NCBI GenBank assembly: GCA_049889095.1
Contig: JBLJFK010000002.1
Source of the DNA: Ewingella sp. S1.OA.A_B6
GTDB lineage: Bacteria > Pseudomonadota > Gammaproteobacteria > Enterobacterales > Enterobacteriaceae
DNA length: 24,000 bases
Direction: 5' to 3' (one strand)
Both the position numbers and the translations under genes were made by a program. The notes beneath the pieces are model-generated. The model saw only the letters and a list, made by a program, of their open reading frames with translations. It did no database searches and was not told the DNA's origin. Shown piece by piece: positions 9,083-16,398 of the stretch; the first letter of the stretch is position 1; each line of letters opens with the position of its first letter.

Positions 9083-9337
9083 AGAGATCTGGGATAAACC
9101 CCGCTTCACGCAGAGTTTTGATCACCCCGCGAGAGTCGTATGGTTGCCCTCTATCCTTGCAGATCCGAGGCTTTCCAGCATATGAAAAACATCTTTTAAC
9201 TGTACGAAAAGTATTGGGTGAACATCCGTTTCTAGCCTCAAATGTCTGAGTAGCTCCAACTCAGTGAGCACATCAACTAACGGAGAGTCGAAATCCGGAT
9301 TTAGAAGCCCAAGTTCAAAGTGGTTAAATTCAGCCAT
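9083..9337 (-). pseudogene. Fic/DOC-family protein remnant (N-terminal region only, then frame change)
   Basis: The 71-aa ORF ends ...[20 protein letters not shown], which is the E-x-x-x-S-x-x-IEG motif of the N-terminal region of Fic proteins. No HxFx(D/E)GNGR core follows. A different frame reads [14 protein letters not shown] up to the terminator. Confidence 0.6.
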
Positions 9338-9483
9338 GGTGGTTAGTTATCTTAATTGGTTGCATAGTGATATCTCGAAATTACCATAAAAAAACCATTA
9401 TAATCTATATGTTACATGGTGGTATTTTTAAAATTAACTCAAAAATGAGTAAACCAACAAATCAAATGTAAGTGGACAACAAC

Positions 9484-9738
9484 TCAAATTCGCCACTTAC
9501 TACGGCATTGATCACTGATGCCAATCATGACCCACAACCCGTTTTTTATCGCATAAGTCTGGGCTTCTTCCACTGGAAGATCGGTGCTGTCATTCGTTAC
9601 CGCTGACTGGTAATGCCCTATTTCTTCTTTGGCTTCTTTTTCGACTTCTTTCGCATAGTCCCGGACGGTTATCTCAAGCTGGTGGTGTAAGGTCAGGGAT
9701 GCAGAATCAAAGAGTTCCGATAATTCCAGCAAATCCAT
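9484..9738 (-). CDS. Hypothetical acidic 84-aa protein downstream of the tape-measure chimera
   Basis: The ORF starts 12 nt after the upstream stop and has a G-rich SD-like run (GGGGGGA) 5 nt before the ATG. No family is recognised. The C-terminus may be a deletion-generated tail. Confidence 0.45.
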   Translation of the reverse strand: MDLLELSELFDSASLTLHHQLEITVRDYAKEVEKEAKEEIGHYQSAVTNDSTDLPVEEAQTYAIKNGLWVMIGISDQCRSKWRI

Positions 9739-9750
9739 ATATCCCCCCCG

Positions 9751-11838
9751 CTAGTTTGTTGATAATCCACTTACTTGCCCTGGATGAGTCATCGTCATTA
9801 ATGAGTCAAAGGCGCTTGTGCCGGATGGGGCTTTCGTTGCTTCTCGCGTCTGATATTTAGTCACATGTTCACCAATTTTTTTACCATCCAAGATGCTTTG
9901 AACCGTGATATTCATCGTTATAGGTTGCTTCGGTGGGACTGCTGGGAATTGTGATGCTTTAGATACACCAGGCTTTGCCGGTATGCCGTTTAAATCCCAT
10001 ACTCGCGATCCGACATAAGGCTGACCAGGGTGACTAATTGCCCAATTCCTCTTTGCCAAACGGTCACGCTCCGCCATCTCTTGGGTTTGCGTGGGTAACT
10101 GGTCGTAGGGTGTGCCATTTTTGGCCGCCATAAATCTGCGATATATTTCTACGCCTAACTCAGTACCAATGGCTGCGGCGGCTAGAGCCACTACGTTTGG
10201 CATGTCTCCTATCGCTTTCGAGAGCAGAGGGATCCCACCTTTGCCACCCAAAAACTTTATTGGCCCTATCAGCGCACCGGCTGCATGTTTCAATATCCAC
10301 ATACCGCCACTCATACCAGCCAAGGCAGTAATTACCATCACCCCATCCATAGCGTATCTCGCCATATTGGGATGCGAACCTACCGCCCGCGTCAGGACGT
10401 TGATCCCTTTCGTCACATTATCTATTCCACGGGTAAAGCTCTCCATCACGCCGCCTTTTTGCGCTAAGGCAATCTGCAGGTCTTCAAAGGACTTCGCCAT
10501 TGCCTCCCTAGCCATCAGTACGTGGTTATTGGGGTCGTTAAGGATAGGCATCGTTCCCCGTGAAATATCATAGGAACCCAGCGACTGCTCAATGGTGCCC
10601 ATCTGCGCCATGATCCGGTTATAAATTTTCGCGCCGCCACGGCCAAATAGGATGGAGTTATCATGTTCAATATCTACGGAATTGGTGATGCCGTGTGCTT
10701 TGTATATTTGCATCATCTTTTTTATGTAGCCGGGTAGGTTCGTTGCTTGCAGGTTGGTAAGACTTCGGAATTGCTCTATGCCTGTACCGTCAGCGATACC
10801 CAACCTTGCCATTTCCCTGCGGAGATTTTTTGGCACCAAAGACATATTGCCACTGATACGGTTATAAGCGGTCAGCATACCGTTAGCCGTTACATCACCG
10901 CCCATTTCACCGATTATCGGCTCAAGCGCCCCCATTATTGCCCGGATACTTTGGTGGTTTGTCGCTGTACTGCCGTGGGCTACAAATAATTTAAGCGCCC
11001 GAGGATCCACCATCCCCCCGCTCGATTGTGACGCTTTAAAAACACCATCAACGATACTGGAAGCTTTCGCGGTATCGCTCAGTCCGCCCATGATTTCTAC
11101 AATTTTGTTGAGGTTTCGCATATTACCGCCTGCGGCGGCCTGAGATTGTCCGCTTAAAGCCTGAGAAGCAACCTCATATTTTGCTAGAATTGGCATCATG
11201 ATCTCTGCCGCTTCCATGGCCTTCTTACCGCCCATACCTGACTCCCGGAATGAGCCTTGTGCGTCGGTAAATATACGCAACCGGTCGAGTCTGGACGTGT
11301 TCATGACGCTATGGGAATCCGTAAACGCCTTGGCTTCGTTAATTTGAGCCGTATTGAGTCCCATCTGGCGCAAACGTGCTAACTCTCGCTCGTAGGAAAT
11401 GCCTTTTTCTGTGATGGAGTTAAAAAGCTCATATCCCACATATGCCGTGGCCAGGTTGGTCATGCCATTCATGTGGCCGCCGTTGCTTGGTCGAGGATTG
11501 CCAGTGCCACCGCCTGCGGCCGCTGATCCAGTAACAGCTCCAAGCGCAAGGTAAGGCATCGCGTTTGCTGCCTGGGAGGGTAACCGGTATGCTTTATTCG
11601 CAATCGCAATGTCCGCCGTCTCATTCTGGAATCGGTCGCGTGTCGCGTTGAACATATCGATCCATTTCTTGGCGAGAGTCTTACCGGCGGCCTTGTTTGG
11701 ATCGTGCGATTCAGCCTGCTGGCGCGTGATTTTGACGCCGAATTCTTTTAAGACGGCATCGACTACCTGAGAGGGGGGATCGAAGCATGCAAGCGATTGA
11801 ACGATGAAGGCTTTCACTTCTGATTTCAGTGATGCCAT
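9751..11838 (-). CDS. Chimeric ORF: DUF2280 (small-terminase-associated) N-terminal ~85 aa fused in frame to a phage tail tape-measure body (~610 aa)
   Basis: The N-terminus MASLKSEVKAFIVQSLACFDPPSQV...HDPNKAAGKTLAKKW...IANKAYRL matches my memory of DUF2280 proteins up to AYRL and then diverges. The rest is Gly/Ala/Met-rich with hydrophobic segments (VMVITALAGMSGGMWIL, VVALAAAAIGTELGV). The tail ...ILDGKKIGEHVTKYQTREATKAPSGTSAFDS is typical of siphovirus tape-measure proteins. Confidence 0.72.
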   Translation of the reverse strand: MASLKSEVKAFIVQSLACFDPPSQVVDAVLKEFGVKITRQQAESHDPNKAAGKTLAKKWIDMFNATRDRFQNETADIAIANKAYRLPSQAANAMPYLALGAVTGSAAAGGGTGNPRPSNGGHMNGMTNLATAYVGYELFNSITEKGISYERELARLRQMGLNTAQINEAKAFTDSHSVMNTSRLDRLRIFTDAQGSFRESGMGGKKAMEAAEIMMPILAKYEVASQALSGQSQAAAGGNMRNLNKIVEIMGGLSDTAKASSIVDGVFKASQSSGGMVDPRALKLFVAHGSTATNHQSIRAIMGALEPIIGEMGGDVTANGMLTAYNRISGNMSLVPKNLRREMARLGIADGTGIEQFRSLTNLQATNLPGYIKKMMQIYKAHGITNSVDIEHDNSILFGRGGAKIYNRIMAQMGTIEQSLGSYDISRGTMPILNDPNNHVLMAREAMAKSFEDLQIALAQKGGVMESFTRGIDNVTKGINVLTRAVGSHPNMARYAMDGVMVITALAGMSGGMWILKHAAGALIGPIKFLGGKGGIPLLSKAIGDMPNVVALAAAAIGTELGVEIYRRFMAAKNGTPYDQLPTQTQEMAERDRLAKRNWAISHPGQPYVGSRVWDLNGIPAKPGVSKASQFPAVPPKQPITMNITVQSILDGKKIGEHVTKYQTREATKAPSGTSAFDSLMTMTHPGQVSGLSTN

Positions 11839-11869
11839 GTTTCACCATCCGTCTAATTCTGTCTAATTT

Positions 11870-12508
11870 TTAAGCCAATTTGAGCAGGCACGTCCCGCAT
11901 GCTCTGGCAATATTAAGGTGAGCCACCTCCGCTGGCCGGTTTGCAGCATCAACCAGCTCTTGCACTTCAACGCTGGCACCGTATCTGCGCACCACGCCAA
12001 CGAACTCTTCGACGTCGTGGCCACGCAATTTAAGTACCGGTTTTCCGGTATCGCGGTTGAATTTTGGAGCGCCGAATTCATCAGTAGCCTGGGCGATGTG
12101 ATAAAGCTCATGTTCAACCAGCGCGCAGAACTCCAGATCGGTGCACAGCGCGCAGAAGTCAGCAGCCAGGGTGATGATGAACGTTGGCACTTCACCGAAC
12201 CATTCATGCATCTGCTGTTCCATGCGGGTCTTCTGCCAACCTCCTGCCCTCATTGCGACTTGTTCAGCCTGTCCGAGAACCGTCCGACCAGTTTTAGCAA
12301 AGGCGTTTGCAGCCCACATAAAACGGATGTCGGCATCTACTAGGTGAACATGGTCGGGGTTATGGAGATCACCGTCTTCAGCGATTATTTGCTGAATTGC
12401 CCAATCCATGATTTCAGGCGCATGGATAAGGCGATTGTACGAGCGAAACTCATCAATTAAGGAAAGTGGAGGTATTGGTTTTTGCGTGTCATTTGAGAGA
12501 GTTGGCAT
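11870..12508 (-). CDS. Putative phage metallopeptidase (HExxH)
   Basis: VEHELYHI zinc motif; cysteine pairs CALC (just upstream of HExxH) and CGTC (C-terminus); GGGAG SD 7 nt before the ATG. It sits just upstream of the DUF2280 gene, as I recall for this phage family. Confidence 0.72.
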   Translation of the reverse strand: MPTLSNDTQKPIPPLSLIDEFRSYNRLIHAPEIMDWAIQQIIAEDGDLHNPDHVHLVDADIRFMWAANAFAKTGRTVLGQAEQVAMRAGGWQKTRMEQQMHEWFGEVPTFIITLAADFCALCTDLEFCALVEHELYHIAQATDEFGAPKFNRDTGKPVLKLRGHDVEEFVGVVRRYGASVEVQELVDAANRPAEVAHLNIARACGTCLLKLA

Positions 12509-12530
12509 TCGGTTGCTCCCTTATCTGCAG

Positions 12531-12560
12531 GCAATAAAAAACCGCCCGGAGGCGGTTTAG
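12531..12560 (-). terminator. Intrinsic terminator (minus-strand sense)
   Basis: ACCGCC-tccg-GGCGGT followed by TTTTTTATT on the minus strand (plus strand reads aaaaaACCGCCcggaGGCGGTttag). Confidence 0.75.
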
Positions 12561-12585
12561 TTCTCATTCGTTTTTCGCTTGGTTT

Positions 12586-12699
12586 TCACAAGCTCATCAG
12601 CAGGGGTTCCCTGTAAACGCGGCACGCCTCCAGAACTGTAAAAACAGGTCTTTTGACAAAATTCATTTGAGTTAATATCCCACAAAGTTTATTGCCCAT
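12586..12699 (-). CDS. Candidate 37-aa ORF with strong SD
   Basis: AAGGAGG lies 8 nt upstream of ATG 12699. Product MGNKLCGILTQMNFVKRPVFTVLEACRVYREPLLMSL. The terminator follows 26 nt after the stop. The 74-aa track version lacks an SD. Confidence 0.35.
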   Translation of the reverse strand: MGNKLCGILTQMNFVKRPVFTVLEACRVYREPLLMSL

Positions 12700-13115
12700 A
12701 TATGAACCCTCCTTGCAGATAAAATCTGCGGACAAACCAATTAATTCCGCGACAAAGAAAAGACGTAACGAGGTTAAGCCATCGAGAATCCCTAACATGC
12801 CTGTCATCATCAGTCTCAGGAGGCAACCGCTGAGAGACGCTACGCGTTTCGACTAATTCAGTTTAACCCCAACCCATGTAGCCTTACCAATTAAGTTAGC
12901 CTATCGCTCACAGATTCGGATTGAGTAATCGTCTGACTTAGCATTTCCTTCGCGCCCTTTGGGTGATGTTGCGTCAAGATGCAATTTCACGGACAGACAT
13001 CAAGCCAACTCGGTATGCCGATTCGATGGCCTCCCAGTCTGGTTTGGTCATTTTTAATATTCCCAATCAAGTTTATAAAGATAATGCCGATGTATTCTTG
13101 AAATTCTCTTCGCTC

Positions 13116-13553
13116 ATGGTGACTATGAACACACGAACTACAGCCAATGCACTTGTGCTTATCCTCTTAGGTCTCTCTTACTCCGCTCAGGCTAATAGCG
13201 ATCTATGCTCAACAGTTACGTTTGAAGCCTTTGGGGAACCTAAGCAGACAGTCAGAGATTGTGCTGACCCCTATGAATCCTTTTGGGTAGCAGTGACGAT
13301 TGATGGTAAGCGCTTTATGACCCAGGGATTAGGCTTGGTCGTGCCGCAAACGCCATCTCGCCAGAGGGGTGAAGAGATGCAATTCTTAACAATTCAGGTC
13401 ACTAAGAATAATAATGAATATACTGTTCGCTTCCTGCGGGCGATCAATGGTCAATCAATTTACTGGTCTGGTATCATGTTGCCGGGTCATCAACAAGACG
13501 TAACCATCAAAGGGCATAAGGTTAACATCCGCTTTGAGCGTCAAAAAAACTGA
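13116..13553 (+). CDS. Secreted/periplasmic protein of unknown function (moron gene 1)
   Basis: Signal peptide M(VTM)NTRTTANALVLILLGLSYSAQA|NSD; the mature ~118 aa has two Cys near the N-terminus (DLC...DC). The start is uncertain (13116 or 13125). The long N-terminal extension in the track ORF (12963) is unlikely. Confidence 0.6.
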   Translation: MVTMNTRTTANALVLILLGLSYSAQANSDLCSTVTFEAFGEPKQTVRDCADPYESFWVAVTIDGKRFMTQGLGLVVPQTPSRQRGEEMQFLTIQVTKNNNEYTVRFLRAINGQSIYWSGIMLPGHQQDVTIKGHKVNIRFERQKN

Positions 13554-13630
13554 TATTCATCATTGGTGCTCGCGACAGAACATTTCTTGCTTGTCGGTGA
13601 GTGCCATTTAAACCTCTGAGGGAAAACTGT

Positions 13631-14077
13631 ATGAGTCAAATACTAATTGGGGACATTCATTCAGCGCTGAAGAATTTCGGCACTTATCTTGATAATGAAA
13701 TTGAACACTTCAAAAATGGGATGGTGGAATACTGGGAAGCAAAAGGTTCTCTTAAAAGTTGCTTAGATATATACATCAATGAGGACAACTCACTTTATTT
13801 TTCGATTCCAAAATTGAAGTTCTCTTGCCATACAAGGGACAGATTTGTTTTTTTTGGTAAAACCCTAATCGCTGAGATTGAGTTTTTCTTTACGGAAAAA
13901 AATAAGGATATTGTCGTCCTTCGCTGTTTCATTACTTCAACTGGGATTTTGACTTTTGATGCCCCGGACTCTGAAGAGGGTCATGATGCATCCTATGATC
14001 AAAACCTTGAGCTTAAGGTCGTGAACAAGTTGATCTCATCTGCCTCAGCGTCAGGTTTGATTTCAGTTAACGCCTAA
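13631..14077 (+). CDS. Cytoplasmic protein of unknown function, 148 aa (moron gene 2)
   Basis: GAGGGA lies 7 nt before ATG 13631. There is no signal peptide or TM. It is AT-rich (20 G+C in 13801-13860 by hand count). No family is recognised. Confidence 0.6.
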   Translation: MSQILIGDIHSALKNFGTYLDNEIEHFKNGMVEYWEAKGSLKSCLDIYINEDNSLYFSIPKLKFSCHTRDRFVFFGKTLIAEIEFFFTEKNKDIVVLRCFITSTGILTFDAPDSEEGHDASYDQNLELKVVNKLISSASASGLISVNA

Positions 14078-14121
14078 AAAATAAAGCATTTAAGCAAGCT
14101 AGTGACTTTATATGGCTGCCA

Positions 14122-14361
14122 CTAAAAAGCAGTCCTATACCAAGCTTGCCAGCGGTAGATATTCAAGCGAAGTTCTCGCAAACATTCTGCAGTTTCCTTG
14201 TCTGCCTGTAAGTCTTCGTCACTATCCTTCCCGGCGTCACTTCCCTTGCACGGTGGCGTCATCAAATCCTGTGATATTGTTGGCAGCGTCGATTGACTGC
14301 TGACGCAACCGGATAGCAGTAGCATCAAAATCACACTTGATATGATTCGGGTCTTGGACAT
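14122..14361 (-). CDS. Rz1-like outer-membrane spanin lipoprotein (o-spanin), overlapped architecture
   Basis: Lipobox LLLSGC after MSKTRIISSVILM. It starts inside the Rz frame in another frame and runs 115 nt past the Rz stop. Confidence 0.7.
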   Translation of the reverse strand: MSKTRIISSVILMLLLSGCVSSQSTLPTISQDLMTPPCKGSDAGKDSDEDLQADKETAECLRELRLNIYRWQAWYRTAF

Positions 14362-14491
14362 ATTTCACCACTTCGCGGGTAATTGTTTTGTAGATGACCT
14401 TTCCATCGTCTTTGGCCTTTGCTGCCTTCTGCTCTATAGGCTCAAGCTTCGCCTCGGCTTTCTTCTGCTTCTTGGCGGCCGCTGCGTTCAT
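14237..14491 (-). CDS. Rz-like inner-membrane spanin fragment lacking its N-terminal TM anchor (probably non-functional)
   Basis: Charged coiled-coil-like sequence AAAKKQKKAEAKLEPIEQKAAKAK, then ...VKYVQDPNHIKCDFDATAIRLRQQSID, which is typical of Rz periplasmic domains. The in-frame upstream extension reads ...CGKRCGEIRYRNGWYAHSDQ-M and hits a stop after 22 codons with no hydrophobic segment. Confidence 0.6.
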   Translation of the reverse strand: MNAAAAKKQKKAEAKLEPIEQKAAKAKDDGKVIYKTITREVVKYVQDPNHIKCDFDATAIRLRQQSIDAANNITGFDDATVQGK

Positions 14492-14559
14492 TTGGTCAGA
14501 GTGGGCATACCAGCCATTTCGGTACCGGATTTCTCCACAACGTTTCCCGCATAGAGCTG

Positions 14560-14766
14560 TTCAGCCGCGGCGACGTTGGTGGCTGGCATCACTGGGGCAA
14601 CGAAAATCCGTTCAACGATATCGAGCTGGTCCCTGCAAATTTCACCACCATTCCACCAGCGCGCAACTCACGCGTAAAAGCTCAGGTCGGTCATTACCTG
14701 CCTGTTCTTGCTGGCGCGTTACAACAAAACCAGCCGCATAAACGAGATGAAGGAGCCGCCATGTGA
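14560..14766 (+). pseudogene. Possible 5'-truncated remnant of an early-left-operon gene
   Basis: The plus frame is open from 14440 to TGA 14764-14766 with no ATG/GTG/TTG start. Its end overlaps the next start as ATGTGA. The reading is tentative because a minus-strand frame is also open here. Confidence 0.25.
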
Positions 14767-14975
14767 ATGAGTTGGAACGAAACGCCCTGCGCTCCGCTGC
14801 GCGAAGATGCAGCGACGAGTTGCACCAGGCCGTACAGGCCAATCCCAAAACCCCATTCGATAAACTTTCCGGCCCGATAATCAAACGCCACTATCAGCCC
14901 ATTAAGCCGATCTACCGATTGGTTGATTTTCTGTGGACGATTGGCGTGCTCAACGGCCAATTTGAAGAGAGGTAA
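14763..14975 (+). CDS. Hypothetical 70-aa protein upstream of xis
   Basis: AGGAG (14751-14755) lies 7 nt before GTG 14763. The stop lies 2 nt before the xis ATG, so the genes are co-oriented and tightly coupled. Confidence 0.55.
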   Translation: MNELERNALRSAARRCSDELHQAVQANPKTPFDKLSGPIIKRHYQPIKPIYRLVDFLWTIGVLNGQFEER

Positions 14976-14977
14976 GT

Positions 14978-15343
14978 ATGGCAGATATACGCATGGACGA
15001 TGTGCTATTCAACCTGTCTGAAGCTTCAGGTTTTCTCAAGAAATCACCCCGTACTGTTCGCCAGTTAATTAAGGCTGGAAAGCTCATTGCCGGGAAATCC
15101 GGAACTAACGGAGGCGGTCGATTCGAAATCCTGAAGTCAGCATGTCTTGAATATATCCACAATCAGCAACACAATCAGGCCGTGAATGCAGGAGTCGGCC
15201 ATACAGAGAGGAATACTGCATGGGGCTCAAACAAAGGTACGGCAACTGGTACTGTGATTTCGTTCGCCCGGACGGCGAAAGAGTTAGACGCGGCCTTGGA
15301 ACGTCAGACAAGAAGCAAGCGCAGGAGCTATTCGATCAGCTAA
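14978..15343 (+). CDS. xis: Excisionase, P22 Xis type
   Basis: N-terminal HTH LSEASGFLKKSPRTVRQLIKAGKL. The C-terminus GTVISFARTAKELDAALERQTRSKRR resembles my recollection of the P22 Xis C-terminus. The 124-nt overlap with int is also as in P22. Confidence 0.8.
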   Translation: MADIRMDDVLFNLSEASGFLKKSPRTVRQLIKAGKLIAGKSGTNGGGRFEILKSACLEYIHNQQHNQAVNAGVGHTERNTAWGSNKGTATGTVISFARTAKELDAALERQTRSKRRSYSIS

Positions 15344-16383
15344 AGGCAGAGGCGTGGCGCGTAGATAAGCTCGGTGAGATAGCCGAGCATACTTTCGACG
15401 AAACATGTCTGCGCTGGCTGAATGAAAAGGAGCATAAGCGATCACTGGACGATGACCGCACGAAGATTGAATTTTTCTTGGGTCATTTCTCCGGCAAGCC
15501 GCTATCCAGCATCACTGAGGATAAGGTGATGAAAGCGGTGGCACGGATGCCTAACAGGAAGCACAGGCAGATATGGGAGTCGCGCAGGGATGCAGCAGAG
15601 CGAAAAGGTAAGCCTGTCCCAGAGTACAAAGAGAAGCTGATATCGGCGGCCACGCGCAGCCAATACCTCTCATTTATTCGCGGACTATTCCGGATCGCCG
15701 CCGATGAGTGGAAATGGCTAAGCAAGGCTCCAGTCATCAAGACCAGAAAGCCTATCTCGCGCAGAGTGAAGTGGCTCACACGCGAAGAGGCATTAGCGCT
15801 CATCGAATGTATGCCTGATGGCTTCAAGCCGATTGTTATATTCGCGCTGGCCACCGGGCTACGCCGGTCTAACATTTTGGATTTGGAATGGTCGCAGATT
15901 GATATGCAAAGGAAGGTTGCATGGATACATCCAGAGAACGCCAAAGCGGGCAAGGCTATCGGCGTGGCACTGAATGATACCGCATGCAAAGTTCTGAAAG
16001 AGCAGATTGGTCGTCACCACCGGTTTGTGTTTGTTCACAATTCAGCATGGCACCGCGCTGACGGGACAAAGACGGCAGAAGTGAGAAAGATGCGCGTTGA
16101 TGATAACACGGCTTGGAGGACTGGATTAAAGCGGGCAGGAATTACAGATTTCCGGTTCCATGACCTGAGACACACCTGGGCGAGTTGGTTAGTTCAGGCC
16201 GGGGTTCCACTTTCTGCTTTGCAGGAAATGGGTGGATGGGAATCTATCGAAATGGTACGCAGGTATGCACACCTGTCACCAAATCACCTGACCGAGCACG
16301 CACGCAAAATCGATGACGTTATGGCGACTCATGTCACTAATCTGGCACTTTTGGATTTTGATGGTGAATCTAAGAAGGCGTAA
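15220..16383 (+). CDS. int: Tyrosine recombinase/phage integrase, P22/DLP12 IntD family, 387 aa
   Basis: MGLKQRYGNWYCDF..., catalytic blocks ATGLRRSNILDLEW, FHDLRHTWASWLVQAG and GGWESIEMVRRYAHL. The stop lies 15 nt from the tRNA 3' end. Confidence 0.95.
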   Translation: MGLKQRYGNWYCDFVRPDGERVRRGLGTSDKKQAQELFDQLKAEAWRVDKLGEIAEHTFDETCLRWLNEKEHKRSLDDDRTKIEFFLGHFSGKPLSSITEDKVMKAVARMPNRKHRQIWESRRDAAERKGKPVPEYKEKLISAATRSQYLSFIRGLFRIAADEWKWLSKAPVIKTRKPISRRVKWLTREEALALIECMPDGFKPIVIFALATGLRRSNILDLEWSQIDMQRKVAWIHPENAKAGKAIGVALNDTACKVLKEQIGRHHRFVFVHNSAWHRADGTKTAEVRKMRVDDNTAWRTGLKRAGITDFRFHDLRHTWASWLVQAGVPLSALQEMGGWESIEMVRRYAHLSPNHLTEHARKIDDVMATHVTNLALLDFDGESKKA

Positions 16384-16398
16384 CTGATTGATTTTAAA

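Larger units (their letters stand above)
9484..16398. mobile_element. Defective lambdoid (P22/DLP12-type) prophage remnant at argU; this is the minimum extent
   Basis: int, xis, spanin, metallopeptidase, DUF2280 and tape-measure genes are in lambdoid order and orientation, starting right at the tRNA 3' end. Immunity, replication, Q, holin, endolysin, head and tail genes are absent. The left end is unresolved and may reach ~8640. Confidence 0.8.

Noticed and set aside
10112-10989. Plus-strand ORFs (153, 60 and 80 aa) inside the tape-measure chimera
   Set aside because: They are antisense shadows, and the minus-strand frame is continuous for 695 codons.
12586-12810. The 74-aa version of the small minus-strand ORF
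   Set aside because: Its ATG has no SD (the upstream sequence is ...ttgcctcctgagactg), whereas the internal ATG 12699 has AAGGAGG. Only the 37-codon version is kept, at low confidence.
14642-14960. Minus-strand ORFs of 80 and 88 aa, considered as endolysin or holin upstream of Rz
   Set aside because: They have no lysozyme or holin motifs and no convincing TM pattern. They overlap the plus-strand 70-codon ORF, which has a strong SD and is coupled to xis. A minus-frame stretch ending ...MPTLTK with an ATGA overlap onto the Rz ATG was also noted. It is open for only ~60 codons and has no SD, so I treat it as chance or remnant.
15108-15135. ggtcgattcgaaatcctg inside xis resembles the tRNA T-arm (GGTCACAGGTTCGAATCCTG); considered as an att copy
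   Set aside because: It is in the opposite orientation to the tRNA gene, imperfect, and inside a coding frame (GGRFEILKS), so it is not a direct repeat bounding the element.
15483-15989. Minus-strand 168-aa ORF
   Set aside because: It is antisense to the integrase gene, whose catalytic motifs are all present.
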